Source: Actinomycetes bacterium (GTDB taxonomy: Bacteria > Actinomycetota > Actinomycetes > S36-B12). From it: 50,894 nt of DNA. A program made the position numbers and the translations under genes. The notes under the pieces are model-generated. The model worked only from the letters and a program-made list of their open reading frames with translations, did no database searches and was not told the DNA's origin. Positions 10,529-19,148 of the stretch are shown here, piece by piece. Numbering within the stretch: position 1 is the first letter of the stretch; every line of letters starts with the position of its first letter. The stretch covers positions 1 to 50,894 of the forward strand of contig CBFHQG010000004.1 of the NCBI GenBank assembly GCA_965657825.1, read 5' to 3'.

Positions 10529-11413
10529 ATGGCTACCACCGCACAGTGGATCGCCGGGGCTCGCCCGCGTACGTTGACCGCCGCCTTCGCACCCGTCGCT
10601 GTGGGCACCGGGGTGGCGGCATCAGCCGGGGCCGCGAATGCGGTCCGTGCGATCCTCGCGCTCCTCGTCGCCGTCGCGCTCCAGGTCGGAGCCAATTACG
10701 CCAACGACTACAGCGACGGGGTGCGTGGCACCGACACGACGCGCGTCGGGCCCGTTCGACTCGTCGGTCAGGAACTCGCCTCAGCCGAACGCGTGCGCAT
10801 CGCCGCGCTCGCCGCTTTCGGCCTCGCCGCTGTGTTCGGTCTGGCTCTGGTCGCACTCACCGCGCAATGGTGGCTGCTGCTGGTGGGGGCCGCATCCATC
10901 GCAGCCGGATGGTGGTACACCGGCGGGAGTCGACCGTACGGCTACCGCGGACTCGGTGAGGTATTCGTCTTCGTGTTCTTCGGAGTGGTCCCGGTGGTCG
11001 GTACCGCCTACGTGCAGATGACCGCGTGGTCGGGGACCGCTCTTGTGGCATCGCTGGGTGTGGGCGCGATCGCCTGCGCGATCCTGGTGGCCAATAACCT
11101 GCGCGACATCCCCACCGATCAGGCACACGGCAAGATCACCCTCGCCGTCCGCCTCGGGGCACCGCGCACCCGCGCGTTGTTCGTCGGGCTGGTCGTCGTG
11201 CCCTACGTCGTCGTCATGGTGCTCGCCACCGCCTACGGTCTCAGCGGAGCCTGGTGGGCGCTGCTGTCGCTACCCCTGGCCGTGCGGGTCGGCTTCGTCG
11301 TGCTCGATGGGGTGACCGGCCGAGACCTCGTCCCGGTGCTCTCCCTCACCGGATTGCTCGGTGGTGCCTACGGCCTGCTGCTGGGCATCGGCCTGGGCAT
11401 CTCGCCCGGCTGA
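10529..11413 (+). CDS. menA: 1,4-dihydroxy-2-naphthoate polyprenyltransferase (UbiA family)
   Basis: Polytopic membrane protein with the UbiA Asp-rich motif NYANDYSDGVRGTD and a second motif NNLRDIPTD. Confidence 0.93.
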   Translation: MATTAQWIAGARPRTLTAAFAPVAVGTGVAASAGAANAVRAILALLVAVALQVGANYANDYSDGVRGTDTTRVGPVRLVGQELASAERVRIAALAAFGLAAVFGLALVALTAQWWLLLVGAASIAAGWWYTGGSRPYGYRGLGEVFVFVFFGVVPVVGTAYVQMTAWSGTALVASLGVGAIACAILVANNLRDIPTDQAHGKITLAVRLGAPRTRALFVGLVVVPYVVVMVLATAYGLSGAWWALLSLPLAVRVGFVVLDGVTGRDLVPVLSLTGLLGGAYGLLLGIGLGISPG

Positions 11414-11716
11414 GAGAACCTCGGTCCCGCCCGCCCCTCCCTGCGGCCCGTCAACCCCGAACGTCGCGTCGACCAAGGCATCCTCGGCGAGTGCATTGCG
11501 CTGGATCCGGTCGTCTATCCGGCGAAATACCCGCCACACCGATGCGCTAGCCGCATCACGGGTCCGATCGAGTAGGAAGAACCCGATGACCCCCGACACA
11601 GCGAGGGCGACCGCGATCGCCAAGAGTCCTCGCCAGGGGGTCACGAGTTGGACTACCAGCCATACGGCCGCGAGCAGCGCCAGCCGTAATCCGGTGTAGA
11701 CCAACAGGCCGCGCAT
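11270..11716 (-). CDS. Small two-TM membrane protein (DUF4229-like), with an acidic low-complexity tail
   Basis: Begins MRGLLVYTGLRLALLAAVWLVVQL...LLAIAVALAVSGVIGFFLL followed by RIDDRIQRNALAEDA, which resembles the small membrane protein usually found beside menA in actinobacteria. The first in-frame stop is at 11270, so the 3' 144 nt overlap menA convergently. Confidence 0.6.
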   Translation of the reverse strand: MRGLLVYTGLRLALLAAVWLVVQLVTPWRGLLAIAVALAVSGVIGFFLLDRTRDAASASVWRVFRRIDDRIQRNALAEDALVDATFGVDGPQGGAGGTEVLSAGRDAQADAQQQAVGTTEQSGEGEHRDEVSAGHPIEHDEADPHGQG

Positions 11717-11846
11717 TACTCCACGGTAGGCGAACGGATGTCACTTATCCCGGTCGGGGTTAGTCTAGGGAGAGGCCTGCAGGAAGCGGGCCAGCTCGAC
11801 TGGGCCACAGTCGGGCGGAGAAGACGATCGGGAGGTGTCGGCGCGA

Positions 11847-12173
11847 ATGCTGCGAGTCGCAGGAGTCCTGTTGGGCCTGGCGCTGTACATCTGGTTCATC
11901 GTCGATGTCGTCCGTACGCCGAGGCTCGACGTACGGACGCTGCCGAAGTTCGTGTGGCTGCTCCTGGTGGTGCTTATTCCGCTGCTCGGCGGCCTGCTGT
12001 GGCTGTTCGCCGGTCGGCCGCGACCGCAGCGCCCTCGCTTCGGACGCCGCCGCGCCCGTGGGCCTGTCGCCCCCGATGATGACCCGACGTTCCTGCGCAA
12101 GATCGACCAGGACGCCTGGAGTGAGCGCATGCGTCGTCGTCGTGACGGCGGCGCCGATCCCGCCTCCCCGTAA
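11847..12173 (+). CDS. Small membrane protein with PLD-nuclease N-terminal-like (PLDc_N) domain
   Basis: Begins MLRVAGVLLGLALYIWFIVDVVRTP, then KFVWLLLVVLIPLLGGLLWLFAGRP and a basic tail. A GGGAGG tract lies about 12 nt upstream of the ATG at 11847. The track start is a GTG at 11835. Confidence 0.7.
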   Translation: MLRVAGVLLGLALYIWFIVDVVRTPRLDVRTLPKFVWLLLVVLIPLLGGLLWLFAGRPRPQRPRFGRRRARGPVAPDDDPTFLRKIDQDAWSERMRRRRDGGADPASP

Positions 12174-12215
12174 GCAGGTTTCTTCGCACTGTCGATGCGC
12201 GCGGCAGGAGCCGGG

Positions 12216-13199
12216 CTACACCCCCGCGTATGAGTGCAGGCTGTTGACGAACAGATTCACCCCGAAGTAGTTGATGAGGAATGCCAGCCAGCCCAGAAGG
12301 GATACGTAGGCCGCCCGACGTCCGCGCCAACCGGCCGTGGCACGTGCATGCAGGTAACCGGCGTAGATGACCCAGGTGATGAACGCCCAGGTTTCCTTCG
12401 GATCCCATCCCCAGTAGCGACCCCAGGCGTTCTCCGCCCAGATGGCTCCCGCGATGACCGCGAAGGTCCATAGCGGGAATGCGAAGGCCAGGATCCGATA
12501 GGCCAGGGTGTCCAGGCGCTGCGCCTGCGGCAGGCGCGCGACAGCTCCTCGCACCCGACCCTTGCGTTCGGCCCGCTCGCGCCACAGGTAGAGCATCGTG
12601 ATGCCGGCTGCCACAGTAAAGGCGCCACCGCAGATCACGGCTGCACTCACGTGGATCACCAGCCACCACGACTCCAACGCGGGGACGAGTTGGGCGGCCT
12701 CGGTGTACAGCACGGTGACAGCGAGTCCCAGGGTGAGCAGGGTGGCGGCCGTGACGAATAACCCGAGCCAACGCAGATCACGTCGCAGCGACACCACGAG
12801 ATACACACCGAGGATCGCCACCGCCGACGACAGCGAGTACTCGTACATGTTGCCCCACGGCACCCGCCCAGCCCAGACTCCGCGAAGAACCGTGCCCAGG
12901 AGCAGCAGGCCGAAGGCGAGCCAGGCCAGGGACAACCCGATATTGCCGGCCCTCCTGCCCCGAGGATCAGGCGCGGCAGTCGACGTTCCCGCACCGGGTG
13001 TCGGCATGCCGTGGTCGTCGGCACTCACAGGGGCACCCACCGTGACGGGAGACCGCTCAGCGGATCGGACACCGGCGGGGATGCCGCGAGTGCCGCGTGC
13101 GGAGAACGATGCGGCGAACGCGATCATCGACAGGGTCAGCACCACCATCGAGGCGTAGACGAGCGCATTGCTCCACTCCGCCAGGTCCGTCGAACTCAC
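12216..13199 (-). CDS. ccsB: Cytochrome c biogenesis protein CcsB/ResC (system II heme handling)
   Basis: Polytopic protein with the Trp-rich WWD-type motif WGRYWGWDPKETWAFITW and conserved His residues. Confidence 0.93.
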   Translation of the reverse strand: MSSTDLAEWSNALVYASMVVLTLSMIAFAASFSARGTRGIPAGVRSAERSPVTVGAPVSADDHGMPTPGAGTSTAAPDPRGRRAGNIGLSLAWLAFGLLLLGTVLRGVWAGRVPWGNMYEYSLSSAVAILGVYLVVSLRRDLRWLGLFVTAATLLTLGLAVTVLYTEAAQLVPALESWWLVIHVSAAVICGGAFTVAAGITMLYLWRERAERKGRVRGAVARLPQAQRLDTLAYRILAFAFPLWTFAVIAGAIWAENAWGRYWGWDPKETWAFITWVIYAGYLHARATAGWRGRRAAYVSLLGWLAFLINYFGVNLFVNSLHSYAGV

Positions 13200-13272
13200 G
13201 ACCGTCCTCCTGATCCGCTCCCGAGCACCCCGTCACTGTCGGTGACCCGCATCAACTCCAGGCTGCTGCTCA

Positions 13273-14883
13273 TCATCGGAGATCCTCTCCCGAAACAGGC
13301 TCCCCTGCAGCAGCCGCGACCTGCTCGACCTCCGTGGCCAGATCGGCCTCATCGGTGCGCGCGAGTCCTGCGACCTCCACGGTAGTCCCCTGGCCTTCGG
13401 GGTAGGTGCGGACCCACACTCGGCGGCGCTTGATGAACAGGGACATCATCAGGCCCACGAGCGCCACGGCTGAGGCGATCAGCGCCGGCTCCTTGCCAGG
13501 ATCGTGCGCGATCTGGAAGGACGCCCACCGCTGCAGGCCCGCGAAGGTCATCGAGCCGATCCCATCGGGAAGCTCCCAGGTCTGGCCCGGGCGCAGCGCC
13601 TCGAGACCGACCTGGCTCATGGTGTCGGTCACCAATCGGTAGATGCTCTGCGGTGCTCCGTTATCGAGACCGAGATCACCGACCCAGGCCGAGGCGAAGA
13701 TCGCTGGATCATCGGGGCCCGGGAAGGACGAGAAAGGCCCTCGGATGTCATCGACGGCCGCGGTGGGAAGGAACAGCATCTGAAAGCCCATCTGCGGTAC
13801 CGCATCGGGTACCTTCACCACCCCCACCGATGTCTGGTTGCCGTCCTGCGGCAACACCACGACGGCGTCGTCGAACACCAGCCGCCCTTCGGCGTCGCGC
13901 ACCTGGATACGTGGCGCATAACCGTGGCCGACGAGAAAGATCTTGGCGCCGTCGAACGCGATGGGCTCGTTGACCCGGATCACCTCGGAGACCTCAGGCG
14001 CACCCGGCTCGGCGCGAGCGGTCACCTCAGCCTCGAATAGTCGAGGTGCCCCGCGCTGAGCCTCCGATCGTTCGAAGTCGACGCGGAACTCCTCGAGGGT
14101 GAAGGAGAACGGCGGCAGGCCATCGGGGGACGCCAGTCGACCACCGCCCCACGCGTCGTACTGGGTCAAGGTGTTGGAGAAGCCGGTCCCTTCGCGCACG
14201 ATGACGTTGCCGCGCCACCCCAGCACAGCCCCGTATGCAATGGCGATGAGCAGGGCGATCAGTGCGGCGTGGAAGAGCAGGTTGCCGGTCTCGCGCGCGT
14301 AGCCTTTCTCGGCCGCAACCCAGGCGCCACTGTCGTCTTGCCCGCGCGCTACCCGCCAGCGTCGATGCCGCAGGTCGCTCTCGACGCGATCGAGGATCTG
14401 ATCCGAGGCGGAGTCGCTCGCCGTCCACGTGCGGAACTCCGACAGTCGCGACAGACGACGCGGTGCGCGCGGTGGTGCGGTCCGTAGCGCACGCAGGTGG
14501 GTGCCCGTGCGCGGCAGGACGCAGCCGATGACCGAGATGAAAAGCAGCAGGTAGATGGCGGCGAACCAGGGCGCCGCGTAGACATCGAAGAAACCCAGGC
14601 GATCGAGCAGGGGTCCCCACGTCGGGGCATCTGCGATCCACTCCCGGACCAGGACCGGGTCGATCCCACGCTGGGGCAGCACCGATCCTGGGATCGCCGC
14701 AACAGCAAGGCAGAACAGCAGGATCAGCGCGGTGCGCATACTGGTCAGCTGCCGCCACGCCCACCGTGCGAGACCCAGCGCACCCAGAGGCGGCGGTGCG
14801 ACCGGGGCGGAGGTCGGCCCGGTCGCCGCAGGCTGTGTCATCGGTGGTGTGGACATCTCCCCTCCAGTCTTACCCATGCTCAC
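13273..14883 (-). CDS. resB: Cytochrome c biogenesis protein ResB/Ccs1
   Basis: 536 aa. The N-terminal TM region (LTSMRTALILLFCLAVAAIPGSVLPQR, FFDVYAAPWFAAIYLLLFISVIGC) is followed by a large extracytoplasmic domain and a C-terminal TM helix. It sits between ccdA and ccsB. Confidence 0.9.
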   Translation of the reverse strand: MSMGKTGGEMSTPPMTQPAATGPTSAPVAPPPLGALGLARWAWRQLTSMRTALILLFCLAVAAIPGSVLPQRGIDPVLVREWIADAPTWGPLLDRLGFFDVYAAPWFAAIYLLLFISVIGCVLPRTGTHLRALRTAPPRAPRRLSRLSEFRTWTASDSASDQILDRVESDLRHRRWRVARGQDDSGAWVAAEKGYARETGNLLFHAALIALLIAIAYGAVLGWRGNVIVREGTGFSNTLTQYDAWGGGRLASPDGLPPFSFTLEEFRVDFERSEAQRGAPRLFEAEVTARAEPGAPEVSEVIRVNEPIAFDGAKIFLVGHGYAPRIQVRDAEGRLVFDDAVVVLPQDGNQTSVGVVKVPDAVPQMGFQMLFLPTAAVDDIRGPFSSFPGPDDPAIFASAWVGDLGLDNGAPQSIYRLVTDTMSQVGLEALRPGQTWELPDGIGSMTFAGLQRWASFQIAHDPGKEPALIASAVALVGLMMSLFIKRRRVWVRTYPEGQGTTVEVAGLARTDEADLATEVEQVAAAAGEPVSGEDLR

Positions 14884-14931
14884 CGGGCCCGCTCACCACG
14901 GTCGCCACGGGGCCGGGGTTCGACAGGCGCT

Positions 14932-15702
14932 CTACAGGGCGGTTTCGAAGCCGGGCAGCCACACGCGCAACCAGATGGTGAACTCCGTCCAGGCACCGGT
15001 CACCAGCAGGATGCCGATGAGCACGAGCAGGCCCCCGCCGATACGCATGACCAGGGCATAGTGGGCCCGCACCCACTCGAGGGTCCCGGCGAGGTAGCGC
15101 AGACCCAACCCCATCGCGATGAAGGGAATGCCCAGGCCGAGGCAGTAGACGAAGGCGAGCAAGGCGCCTCGTGTCGCGCTCGCCTCGGTGAAGGCCAGGC
15201 TCTGCACCGCGGTGAGGGTCGGCCCGATACAGGGGGTCCAGCCCAGCCCGAACAGCACACCCAGCACCGGTGCGCCCCACACTCCCCACCTCGGCAGTCG
15301 GTGGATCCGCCATTCCCGCTGCAGACCGGGCCCCCATCGATCCAGGACTCCCATGAAGGCCAGACCCATCACGATCACGACCACGCCCAGCACACGGCTG
15401 ATCACGTCGGCGTACTGCAACAGGACCGCACCCAGGCCACCGAAGGCGGCACCGAAGGACACGAACACCACCGAGAAGCCCAGGACGAACAGCACGCTGC
15501 CGGCCAGCACACGGCTCTTCACCGCGACTCCCCCGCCGCCCTCGGCGATCTCGGCACCGGTCAGCCCGGTGATGTAGGACAGGTACCCGGGGGCGAGGGG
15601 GAGAACGCAGGGGCTGAGGAACGACACCAGCCCGGCGGCGAGCGCCAGTGGGATCGCAAGGAGCAGGCTGCCATCGGTGACGGTCTGCGTGATGCCGTTC
15701 AC
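14932..15702 (-). CDS. ccdA: Cytochrome c biogenesis thiol-disulfide transporter CcdA (DsbD-like)
   Basis: Six-TM protein with the conserved Cys in FLSPCVLPLAPGYL and a second Cys in GWTPCIGP. Confidence 0.92.
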   Translation of the reverse strand: MNGITQTVTDGSLLLAIPLALAAGLVSFLSPCVLPLAPGYLSYITGLTGAEIAEGGGGVAVKSRVLAGSVLFVLGFSVVFVSFGAAFGGLGAVLLQYADVISRVLGVVVIVMGLAFMGVLDRWGPGLQREWRIHRLPRWGVWGAPVLGVLFGLGWTPCIGPTLTAVQSLAFTEASATRGALLAFVYCLGLGIPFIAMGLGLRYLAGTLEWVRAHYALVMRIGGGLLVLIGILLVTGAWTEFTIWLRVWLPGFETAL

Positions 15703-15729
15703 GACGCGTGTCCCCTCACCGCGGTCGCC

Positions 15730-16302
15730 TCACCGAAGCAGCGGCTCGATGAGCCCGCGCAGGGCAGAGGCTGAGACGCGCCCCAGCGCACGTCCGGCGA
15801 CCCGACCCTGCGGATCGATGACGATGGTCGAGGGGATCGCCTGCGGCGGCAGCGTGTCAGCGAAGAGCAACTGCAACTGCCCGTCGCGATCGACGACATT
15901 CGGATAGGTGATGCCGTAGGTGTCGATGAAGGCGAGCGCCGCCGCATCGGAGTCGCGGGTGTCCAGTCCGACGAACTGCACGCCGCGGCCCTCGAACTCC
16001 TCCCAGACCTCCTGCAACTCCGGGGCCTCGGCTCGACACGGAGCACACCAGGAGGCCCAGACATTGAGGACGACCACCTCGCCCCGATAGTCCGATAGCC
16101 GCCAGATCCCACCGTCGAGGGTCGGCCCCTCGACTTCGGGCGCTGATTGGCGCACCGATTCGTCCAGCAGGACAAGGGAACCGTCACCGGCGACGAACCC
16201 CGATTCCCCCGAACCCTGCGCAGTGCCGCAGGCGGTCAGGACGACCACGAGCATCCCGGCGAGGGCAACCAGCCGGGTGGCGACGCTCCCGCGTCGCTTC
16301 AC
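15730..16302 (-). CDS. TlpA/ResA-like thioredoxin-fold lipoprotein
   Basis: Lipobox LVVVLTAC after a basic N-terminus, and the CxxC active site NVWASWCAPCRAE. Located in the ccdA/resB/ccsB block. Confidence 0.88.
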   Translation of the reverse strand: MKRRGSVATRLVALAGMLVVVLTACGTAQGSGESGFVAGDGSLVLLDESVRQSAPEVEGPTLDGGIWRLSDYRGEVVVLNVWASWCAPCRAEAPELQEVWEEFEGRGVQFVGLDTRDSDAAALAFIDTYGITYPNVVDRDGQLQLLFADTLPPQAIPSTIVIDPQGRVAGRALGRVSASALRGLIEPLLR

Positions 16303-16940
16303 GCCCCGCGACCGGGGGAGGCATCGGCGAGCAGATCGCGGGCCGGCTCGGTGTAGGTGATCGCCGTGAGTCGATCATCGTCGAAGTGCAGGGAGGTCAA
16401 TGACGCCAGGGCACACTGTCGCTTGCGGGGATCGTGGGCGAACCGGCGCTGCTCGGCATCCAGACGAGCCACCCAGATCGGCAACTGGTGGCTGACGAGG
16501 ACGACCTCGCGACCGGGTGCCAGTTCGCGGGCCGACACGATCGCCTGCGACATGCGTGAGGCGAGTTCGGTGTACGGCTCACCCCAGGACGGCCGTAGGG
16601 GGTTCCACAGATGCCGCCACGCGGCCGGCTTGCGCAGCACACCATCACCCACGCCTACCCGCTGGCCTTCGAAGATGTTGTCGGCCTCGATCAGTCGCTC
16701 GTCTACACCCACCTCGAGGCCGTGCACCGCGGCGATCGGGGTTGCCGTCGCCTGCGCCCGCTCCAGGGGAGACGCCGTGACCACCGCGATGTCATGGGAG
16801 GTCAGCGCCTGCGCTGCCCGCACCGCCATGGCCTGGCCGCGCTCGGATAGGTGGTATCCGGGGAGGCGACCGTAGAGAACCCCCTCGGGGTTGTGCACCT
16901 CACCGTGACGCAGCAGATGGACGACCGTCGACTCACTCAC
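16299..16940 (-). CDS. Histidine phosphatase family protein
   Basis: RHG catalytic motif near the N-terminus (VVHLLRHGEVHNPEG) and a downstream SHQLPI-type His. Its stop overlaps the start of the next gene. Confidence 0.85.
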   Translation of the reverse strand: MSESTVVHLLRHGEVHNPEGVLYGRLPGYHLSERGQAMAVRAAQALTSHDIAVVTASPLERAQATATPIAAVHGLEVGVDERLIEADNIFEGQRVGVGDGVLRKPAAWRHLWNPLRPSWGEPYTELASRMSQAIVSARELAPGREVVLVSHQLPIWVARLDAEQRRFAHDPRKRQCALASLTSLHFDDDRLTAITYTEPARDLLADASPGRGA

Positions 16941-17036
16941 ATGTCCACTGTACGTCTACCGCTGGACGTCCACCGCGCGCGTAGGCCCTCGCGGACCTGT
17001 CCCGTGGAAGCTCCCTCGGTGTTCGCAGGGTGCAGT

Positions 17037-18638
17037 TCAGGTGGTTCGGCGCCGAGCGGCTGCACGCTTGCGGCTCGGCCTCCAGGTCGCCTCACCGCTG
17101 GCGAGCGCGGCCTGACGCAGTGCCTCGCCATGGGCGGCCAGCGCATCGGCGAGTGCCGCGTGCGTGGGCTCCTCACACAGCACGTCCACCCGCAGTCCGT
17201 GTTCCTCAGCGGTCTTCGCGGTCGCGGGGCCGATGCAGGCCACGACTGTGGTGGCGTGCGGTTTGCCGGCGATCCCCACGAGGTTGCGCACCGTGGAGCT
17301 CGAGGTGAACATGACCGCGTCGAAACCACCGGACTTGATCGCTTCGCGCGTCTCCGCGGGCGGCGGAGCAGCACGCACCGTGCGGTAAGCGGTGATGTCC
17401 TCGACCTCCCATCCCAGATCGACCAGTCCTGCGGACAGGGTCTCTGTGGCGATATCGGCGCGCGGGAGGAAGACCCGGTTGATGGGGTCGACGAGTTCGT
17501 CGTAGTGCGGCCAATCGGCCAGCAGGCCGGCGGTCGTCTGGTCTCCCGACGGGACGAGATCCGGCTTCACCCCGAAGGCGATGAGGGCCTCCACCGCGTC
17601 ATCCCCCACGGCAGCGACCTTCAGCCCGGCGAAGGAGCGAGCATCGAGTCCGTACTCCTCGAGCTTCTCGCGAACCGCGCGAACGGCGTTGACGCTGGTG
17701 AATCCGATCCACTCGTATCGACCGGAGACCAACCCATGCACCGCACGCTCCATCTGCTGCGGAGTTCGCGGCGGTTCGACGGAGATGGTCGGTACCTCCT
17801 GGGGTACTGCGCCGGCGTGGATGAGCCGATCGAGCAGGTCATCGGATCGCTCCTGCGTGCGAGGCACGAGGACTCGCCAACCGAACAGCGGCTTGACCTC
17901 GAACCAGGCCATCCTCTCGCGCTGCTCGACGACCTCACCGACGACCACGAGCCCCGGCCCAGCCTGCTTCGCGGCCTTAACCGCTGTGGGAGCGTCCTCG
18001 AGTGTGGCGGCAACCGACCGCTGTTCGACGGTGCTGCCGGCGCGCGTGATGACCATCGGGGTGCTGGGCTTGCGCCCGGCTTTGATCAGTTCCTTCGCGA
18101 TGTGCGTCGCCTGGTCGGCTCCCTCGAGAACGACGACGGTCGTTCGTTCGTCGGCAAGGACCGCCCAGTCGACGGAGTGGTCGATATCGGTGAGGACGTG
18201 GACCTCGCGGGTCGTCCGGGTCGTGAGAGTGAATCCCGCGTAGGCCGCGACACCCGACAGGGTGCTGACTCCAGGGGCGATCTCGAAGGGCACCTTGGAC
18301 TTGCGCAACGCCGAGATCTCGGCCGTGATTGAGCCGTCGAGGACGGGGTCACCGCCCATCAGACGCACGACATGGTGGCCGGCCCGGTAGGCCTCGACGA
18401 CGCGCTTGGCCCGATCGGCAGGATCGAGGGGCAGGCCGTCATCTCCGACCGCGACGATCACAGCCGCCTGCGGATCGGCATGCAGGTGCGCGATCGCCTC
18501 AGTATCGGCATCGACCACGAGGGTGTGCGCCTGGCGCATCAGGGACGCCGCGCGCAGCGTGATCAGTTCCGGATCGCCGGGACCCGCCGCAACGAGGGCG
18601 ACGGTGCCGGTGGGCTTACGGGTGCGGCTGGGACTCAC
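17037..18638 (-). CDS. hemD: Bifunctional uroporphyrinogen-III C-methyltransferase / uroporphyrinogen-III synthase
   Basis: The N-terminal tetrapyrrole methylase part has VAAGPGDPELITLRA and RLMGGDP. The C-terminal HemD-like half has VLVPRTQERSDDL and the duplicated fold. I chose the GTG at 18638, which is preceded by GAGGGGGAAC. The track ORF extends to the ATG at 18743. Confidence 0.87.
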   Translation of the reverse strand: MSPSRTRKPTGTVALVAAGPGDPELITLRAASLMRQAHTLVVDADTEAIAHLHADPQAAVIVAVGDDGLPLDPADRAKRVVEAYRAGHHVVRLMGGDPVLDGSITAEISALRKSKVPFEIAPGVSTLSGVAAYAGFTLTTRTTREVHVLTDIDHSVDWAVLADERTTVVVLEGADQATHIAKELIKAGRKPSTPMVITRAGSTVEQRSVAATLEDAPTAVKAAKQAGPGLVVVGEVVEQRERMAWFEVKPLFGWRVLVPRTQERSDDLLDRLIHAGAVPQEVPTISVEPPRTPQQMERAVHGLVSGRYEWIGFTSVNAVRAVREKLEEYGLDARSFAGLKVAAVGDDAVEALIAFGVKPDLVPSGDQTTAGLLADWPHYDELVDPINRVFLPRADIATETLSAGLVDLGWEVEDITAYRTVRAAPPPAETREAIKSGGFDAVMFTSSSTVRNLVGIAGKPHATTVVACIGPATAKTAEEHGLRVDVLCEEPTHAALADALAAHGEALRQAALASGEATWRPSRKRAAARRRTT

Positions 18639-18744
18639 GGGGATGTGTTCCCCCTCGGATGCTGGACACCGGTGTGGGTGTGATATCGGATCAGGACAAT
18701 GGAGCATCAGGTTAGGGATCGCACTCCCCGCGCACAAAAACATC

Positions 18745-18760
18745 CGGACATATATGTCCG
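18745..18760 (-). terminator. Perfect 16-bp palindrome CGGACATATATGTCCG: weak intrinsic terminator of the glutaredoxin-like gene, or an operator upstream of cobA/hemD
   Basis: On the minus strand the hairpin (6-bp stem, UAUA loop) is followed by GAUGUUUUUG. It lies 36 nt after the upstream stop (18796) in an unusually AT-rich patch. Confidence 0.35.
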
Positions 18761-18795
18761 TTTATCGGATTTCCAGCGGGGATGTGCTCGGTCGA

Positions 18796-19065
18796 TCAGC
18801 TCGCGAGTGTTCGACGCAGTCCCTCCGGGTCCACCCGCCACATCGCATGCTCTGCCCCATCGACGATCACCACCGGGATGAAATCGGCGTAGCGCGCAGC
18901 CCACCGGGGGTTGTCGACGAGGGACTCCTCGCGCCAGCCCACCCCCAGATCCGCGCAGACCTCCTCGACCACCTGTCGGGCCTCGTCACACAGATGGCAT
19001 CCGGGTTTGCCGATGAGCAGCACCCGAGTGGCCACCGGGTCAGCATCCCCGCGGTCCTCGCTCAC
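18796..19065 (-). CDS. Glutaredoxin-like protein (thioredoxin fold)
   Basis: CxxC motif in RVLLIGKPGCHLCDEARQVV, with a C-terminal FIPVVIVDG typical of the small glutaredoxin-2-like family found near hem genes in actinobacteria. The GTG at 19065 is preceded by AGGAACG. The 174-aa track ORF has an Arg/Pro-rich extension that looks non-coding. Confidence 0.75.
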   Translation of the reverse strand: MSEDRGDADPVATRVLLIGKPGCHLCDEARQVVEEVCADLGVGWREESLVDNPRWAARYADFIPVVIVDGAEHAMWRVDPEGLRRTLAS

Positions 19066-19148
19066 ATCCGGCGTTCCTGACCCCACGGAAGGGCATCCTG
19101 GCATAGGCCGGCAGCCTCCCGGGGGGCGGCGAACGTACCCTGAGATCC

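Noticed and set aside
14497-15774. 425-aa plus-strand ORF
   Set aside because: It lies entirely antisense to resB and ccdA, both of which have strong family signatures. Its composition (His/Gln/Arg/Gly/Glu runs) is not protein-like. It is a shadow ORF.
16851-18332. 493-aa plus-strand ORF
   Set aside because: It is antisense to the cobA/hemD fusion gene, has no recognisable motifs, and is Arg/Gly-rich. It is a shadow ORF.
18707-18725. IdeR/DtxR-like iron box (TCAGGTTAGGGATCGCACT) upstream of cobA/hemD
   Set aside because: Only the left half resembles the TTAGGTTAGCCTAACCTAA consensus. The right half does not match, so this is not a credible dimer site.
18745-18760. NrdR-box interpretation of CGGACATATATGTCCG
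   Set aside because: It shares only the AT-rich palindromic flavour. NrdR boxes occur as phased pairs upstream of nrd genes, and neither condition holds here.
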